This document shows, piece after piece, positions 60,913 through 64,000 of a stretch of DNA of 64,000 nucleotides; position 1 is the stretch's first letter; the number at the start of each line of letters is the position of its first letter. Source of the DNA: Sedimentisphaerales bacterium (lineage in GTDB: Bacteria; Planctomycetota; Phycisphaerae; Sedimentisphaerales; SM23-30); contig CAXXMR010000009.1 of NCBI GenBank assembly GCA_963663805.2, positions 384,001 through 448,000 of the forward strand. The letters are read 5' to 3'. The translations under genes and the position numbers were made by a program. The notes beneath the pieces were generated by a model. The model had not been told where the DNA came from, made no database searches, and was given only the letters and a program-made list of their open reading frames with translations.

Positions 60913-63399
60913 ATGCCTGTGAAAAATATATCGTTAAACGGTAATTGGCAGCTTCGTTGTCCGAAGGCCAATAAACATATCGACTGCGGCATGACGCTGG
61001 ATATTGATGTGCCTGGCGATGTTCATAATTCGCTGCATGACGCCGGAGTGATACCGGAACCGTTCTGGGCGGATAATTTCAAGCAATGCTCCTGGGTCTC
61101 ACGTTGTGACTGGCTGATATATCGTGAATTTACCATTGGACAGGAATTGGCTGGTAAGAAGCTGGAACTGATTTTCGACGGGATTGATACCTATGCGACG
61201 GTTCGACTAAATGGTTTGGTGCTGGGAGAGACAAGTAATATGTTTCTTCAGTATCGTTTTGACGTAAGCGAAGTTATCAGGCTTGACGGGGTTAATCTGC
61301 TTGAAATTGAGATTCACTCGACACGAAATACCATCGAGCAGCGTGACGTGGAAGGATATTTCGCTTGTTTCAATGTGCATCGGATATTTTCGCGGCGGGC
61401 TCAGTGTCAGTTTTCGTGGGACTGGGCACCCGACCTGCCTTCAGTGGGCATCTGGCAGGATGTTCAGTTGCGGGCAGTTGAACCGGGCGTGATAGAGAAT
61501 GTGTTCGCACGCGGTGACGCTAAGGGTAGCGCTTCGTTTGATATCGAGATTGACCCTGAAACAGCACAAACGCTGCGGGATGAAAAACAGCAATTCACTA
61601 TCGAAGTAAAAATTCGCAATGAAAAGCATAGTTTCCAAAAGCAAATCAAATGCAGCGGGGTTAAGAATTTTGTTGATATAAAGGTCGATGACGCCGATTT
61701 GTGGTGGCCCAGCGGTTACGGCCAGGCGGTGCTTTATGATTATGATGTCAGGCTTAAAAATGGTGCGACGGTTCTCGACCAGAAAAACGGACGGATGGGT
61801 TTTCGGACAGTAGAGCTTATTCAGCAGTCGACAGGAGATGACCAGCGGAGTTTTAGGTTCGAGATAAACGGCAGGAAGATTTTCTGCATGGGGGCTAATT
61901 GGGTGCCTTGTGATTGTTTTACCGGTTCGGTTAAGGAGGCGACTTATCTCCGGCTGATAGAGTTAGCAAAAGAGGGAAATCTCAACACCCTGCGGGTCTG
62001 GGGTGGCGGCATATACGAGAAGGATATATTTTACGACCTTTGTGATGAACTGGGACTGCTTGTTTGGCAGGACATGATGTTCGCCTGCGGTGATATTCCG
62101 GACGATGACCATGATTTTGTCGATGAAGTGGTAAAAGAATTCAAGTATCAGGTCCGGCGGCTGAGGAATCATCCGTGTATATTCCATTGGTGCGGCGGAA
62201 ACGAAAAGACCGGGGCTTTTGGTGCGCTCATTACGCGGGGTGATTTGATAACGAAGTATCTGGCCCACGGTATCGTCAAAGACGGCATCCCGCAGGCCAG
62301 TTATACGCCCTCCAGTCCGTTCAGCGACAATGATATTTCCAATAATGGTAACAGCGGCGACACCCACGGCGGGACTTATGAAGAAGCCTTTGCCGACGAT
62401 ATTACAAAATTCCGCGGGTATATCGATAAAAAGCGGGCGGTCTTCATGTCGGAGTTCGGCCTGCACGGCCCGCCGGTCATTCGCAGTCTCAAGAAGTTCA
62501 TGCCGGCGGAGAACCTTTGGCCTTTGAATGATATATGGGAATGCCATGTGCAGGATAATCCCTATAATTCGATACCGGAGACTTTTGTCCAGTTGCAGCG
62601 GGCGGCGGCGGAGAGGCTGTTTTATCGGCCTGAGAGTATCAGTGATTTTGTCAAGACCGCGGGCACTTTTTACGCGGAATATTTATATGCCGAATTCCAG
62701 CATCATCGGCGGCGTCAGCCGGAAAATGCCGGTGCCCTGATATGGATGCTGAACGACTGCTGGCCGGCGGCAAACTGGTCGCTGGTGGACTATTACGGCC
62801 AGCCCAAGCAGGCTTATTATGCCCTGAAAAGAGCGTGTCGGCCTGTGATGTTTTCCTTTCGGGAGATGGACGGCGGATTTGAGCTGTATCTGACGAACAA
62901 TTCGCAGGCGGATATAGCCGGAAATGTCAGAGTTTATTTACGGAATATCGAGGGAACCATCAAGCAGATTGTGAAACAAGCGGAGGTCGCGGTTGGCTCG
63001 CAGGATAGTAACGTTGCTTTGGAGTTTAGCAGGGTTAGTAGCGTTTTGGAGGCCCCAAACGGCTATTTAACCGCGGAATTTGAAGGACTGGAAAGAGCGA
63101 CCCGGGAGATTTACTTCCATAATTTATGGAAAGATATTGACTGGCAGGAGCCTGATGTCAAAATAGAAATGCTGAGCGAGACAACTTCGGACCGATATGA
63201 AATGGTTTGCCGGGTTAGCGCCCAGAGATTCGCACGTTGTGTTAATCTGGCCGCGACCGAAAATGTCGAAGTGCTTTTTAGTGATAATTATTTTGATATT
63301 CCCGCGGGTGAATATGTGGATGTCGTTATCAAATCGAATAAACAGTTAAGGGTTGAAGAGTTGATATTGAACCATTGGCTGACTGACTGGAATTATTAA
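60913..63399 (+). CDS. GH2 beta-mannosidase-like glycoside hydrolase
   Basis: F.GIDT, NMF, FSWDWAP, GANWVP.D, RVWGGG.YE, RLRNHP....WCGGNE, FMSEFG, W.LNDCWP..NWS.VDY. Confidence 0.9.
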   Translation: MPVKNISLNGNWQLRCPKANKHIDCGMTLDIDVPGDVHNSLHDAGVIPEPFWADNFKQCSWVSRCDWLIYREFTIGQELAGKKLELIFDGIDTYATVRLNGLVLGETSNMFLQYRFDVSEVIRLDGVNLLEIEIHSTRNTIEQRDVEGYFACFNVHRIFSRRAQCQFSWDWAPDLPSVGIWQDVQLRAVEPGVIENVFARGDAKGSASFDIEIDPETAQTLRDEKQQFTIEVKIRNEKHSFQKQIKCSGVKNFVDIKVDDADLWWPSGYGQAVLYDYDVRLKNGATVLDQKNGRMGFRTVELIQQSTGDDQRSFRFEINGRKIFCMGANWVPCDCFTGSVKEATYLRLIELAKEGNLNTLRVWGGGIYEKDIFYDLCDELGLLVWQDMMFACGDIPDDDHDFVDEVVKEFKYQVRRLRNHPCIFHWCGGNEKTGAFGALITRGDLITKYLAHGIVKDGIPQASYTPSSPFSDNDISNNGNSGDTHGGTYEEAFADDITKFRGYIDKKRAVFMSEFGLHGPPVIRSLKKFMPAENLWPLNDIWECHVQDNPYNSIPETFVQLQRAAAERLFYRPESISDFVKTAGTFYAEYLYAEFQHHRRRQPENAGALIWMLNDCWPAANWSLVDYYGQPKQAYYALKRACRPVMFSFREMDGGFELYLTNNSQADIAGNVRVYLRNIEGTIKQIVKQAEVAVGSQDSNVALEFSRVSSVLEAPNGYLTAEFEGLERATREIYFHNLWKDIDWQEPDVKIEMLSETTSDRYEMVCRVSAQRFARCVNLAATENVEVLFSDNYFDIPAGEYVDVVIKSNKQLRVEELILNHWLTDWNY

Positions 63400-63407
63400 G
63401 GTTGAAG

Positions 63408-64000
63408 ATGATGAAGAGAATCGCCTGCTGTTTATTGCTGGGATTGCTGTCGGTGCCGGCACCGGCGGAGAATCGGGTATTGCGACTCGCCCACGGACTG
63501 GACCGCAGCCATCCGGTTCACAAAGCCATGGTTTTTATGGCCGAAAGAGCCCAGGAAAAGTCGCACGGCTCGTTAAAAATATTTATTTATCCCAGTGAAC
63601 AATTGGGCAACGAAAAAGAATGTATCGAGGGCCTTCAACTAGGCTATCTTTCCATGACCAAGACTTCGACAGCGTCAATGGAAGCGTTTGTACCGGAGTT
63701 GAAGGTCTTCAGTATGCCTTATCTGTTTCGGGACTCGGAACATTTCTGGAAGGTCTGTCAGGGCGAGATAGGCAAATCCCTGCTGGTCGCCGGACAGGCC
63801 AAAGGACTGCGGGGACTCTGCTATTATGACGCGGGCGCGCGGAGTTTTTACGCGAAAAAACCAATACTGAAACCTTCTGACCTATGTGCCGATGGGATGA
63901 CCCTCAAAGTGCGGGTGCTGCCCAGTCAAATTGTGCGCGAAATGGTCTCGACAATGGGCGGAGCCCCGACCCCGATATCGTGGGGTGAGCTTTATACCTC
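63408..64000 (+). CDS. dctP: TRAP transporter substrate-binding protein DctP, truncated by the window end
   Basis: Not in the ORF track. MMKRIACCLLLGLL...LRLAHGLDRSHPVHKAM...IYPSEQLGNE...LQLG...FSMPYLFRD...YYDAGARSFY...KVRV. Confidence 0.88.
   Translation, partial: MMKRIACCLLLGLLSVPAPAENRVLRLAHGLDRSHPVHKAMVFMAERAQEKSHGSLKIFIYPSEQLGNEKECIEGLQLGYLSMTKTSTASMEAFVPELKVFSMPYLFRDSEHFWKVCQGEIGKSLLVAGQAKGLRGLCYYDAGARSFYAKKPILKPSDLCADGMTLKVRVLPSQIVREMVSTMGGAPTPISWGELYT

Overview
Bacterial chromosomal segment, very probably from a planctomycete of class Phycisphaerae (Sedimentisphaerales-like). The placement is inferred from the PEP-CTERM proteins, prepilin/H-X9-DG proteins, C-terminal dockerin-like GDxNxDCxVDxxDL..W domains, XylR-type AraC regulators and a dcw cluster that ends at ftsQ without ftsA/ftsZ. 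From left to right the window holds: a GHL10-like hydrolase; an XylR-linked module (PEP-CTERM, triple-repeat dockerin-like protein, pilin-like protein, Na+:solute symporter, GH130); a His-rich module headed by a DUF2946-like CxxC...RPPP leader gene; an intact IS4-family element; two orphan Opp/Dpp ATPases next to a deletion scar; murE-murF-mraY-ftsW-murG-murC-murB-ddl-ftsQ; a ThuA/Gfo-Idh-MocA/TauE operon; a His-less PAS kinase; tRNA-Ser(GCT), an internally deleted IS and tRNA-Ile2(CAT); GH20; an HD-GYP/CHASE-kinase/HDOD cluster; and a second XylR-linked carbohydrate locus (pilin-like, three paralogous surface proteins, unknown secreted enzymes, GH5-like, DUF4861, kduI, kduD, GH2, TRAP dctP). 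The main finding is a cassette of pilin-like + PEP-CTERM + dockerin-like protein that occurs three times. In two copies the PEP-CTERM and dockerin-like proteins share one homologous domain, which suggests a planctomycete nutrient-capture module occupying the SusC/SusD slot. Other notable points are a modular REP-like repeat family with compensatory stem changes, a GC-skew reversal across the IS4 element, and six homopolymer frameshifts that are probably sequencing errors. All product calls come from motif recognition by eye; no database searches were run.
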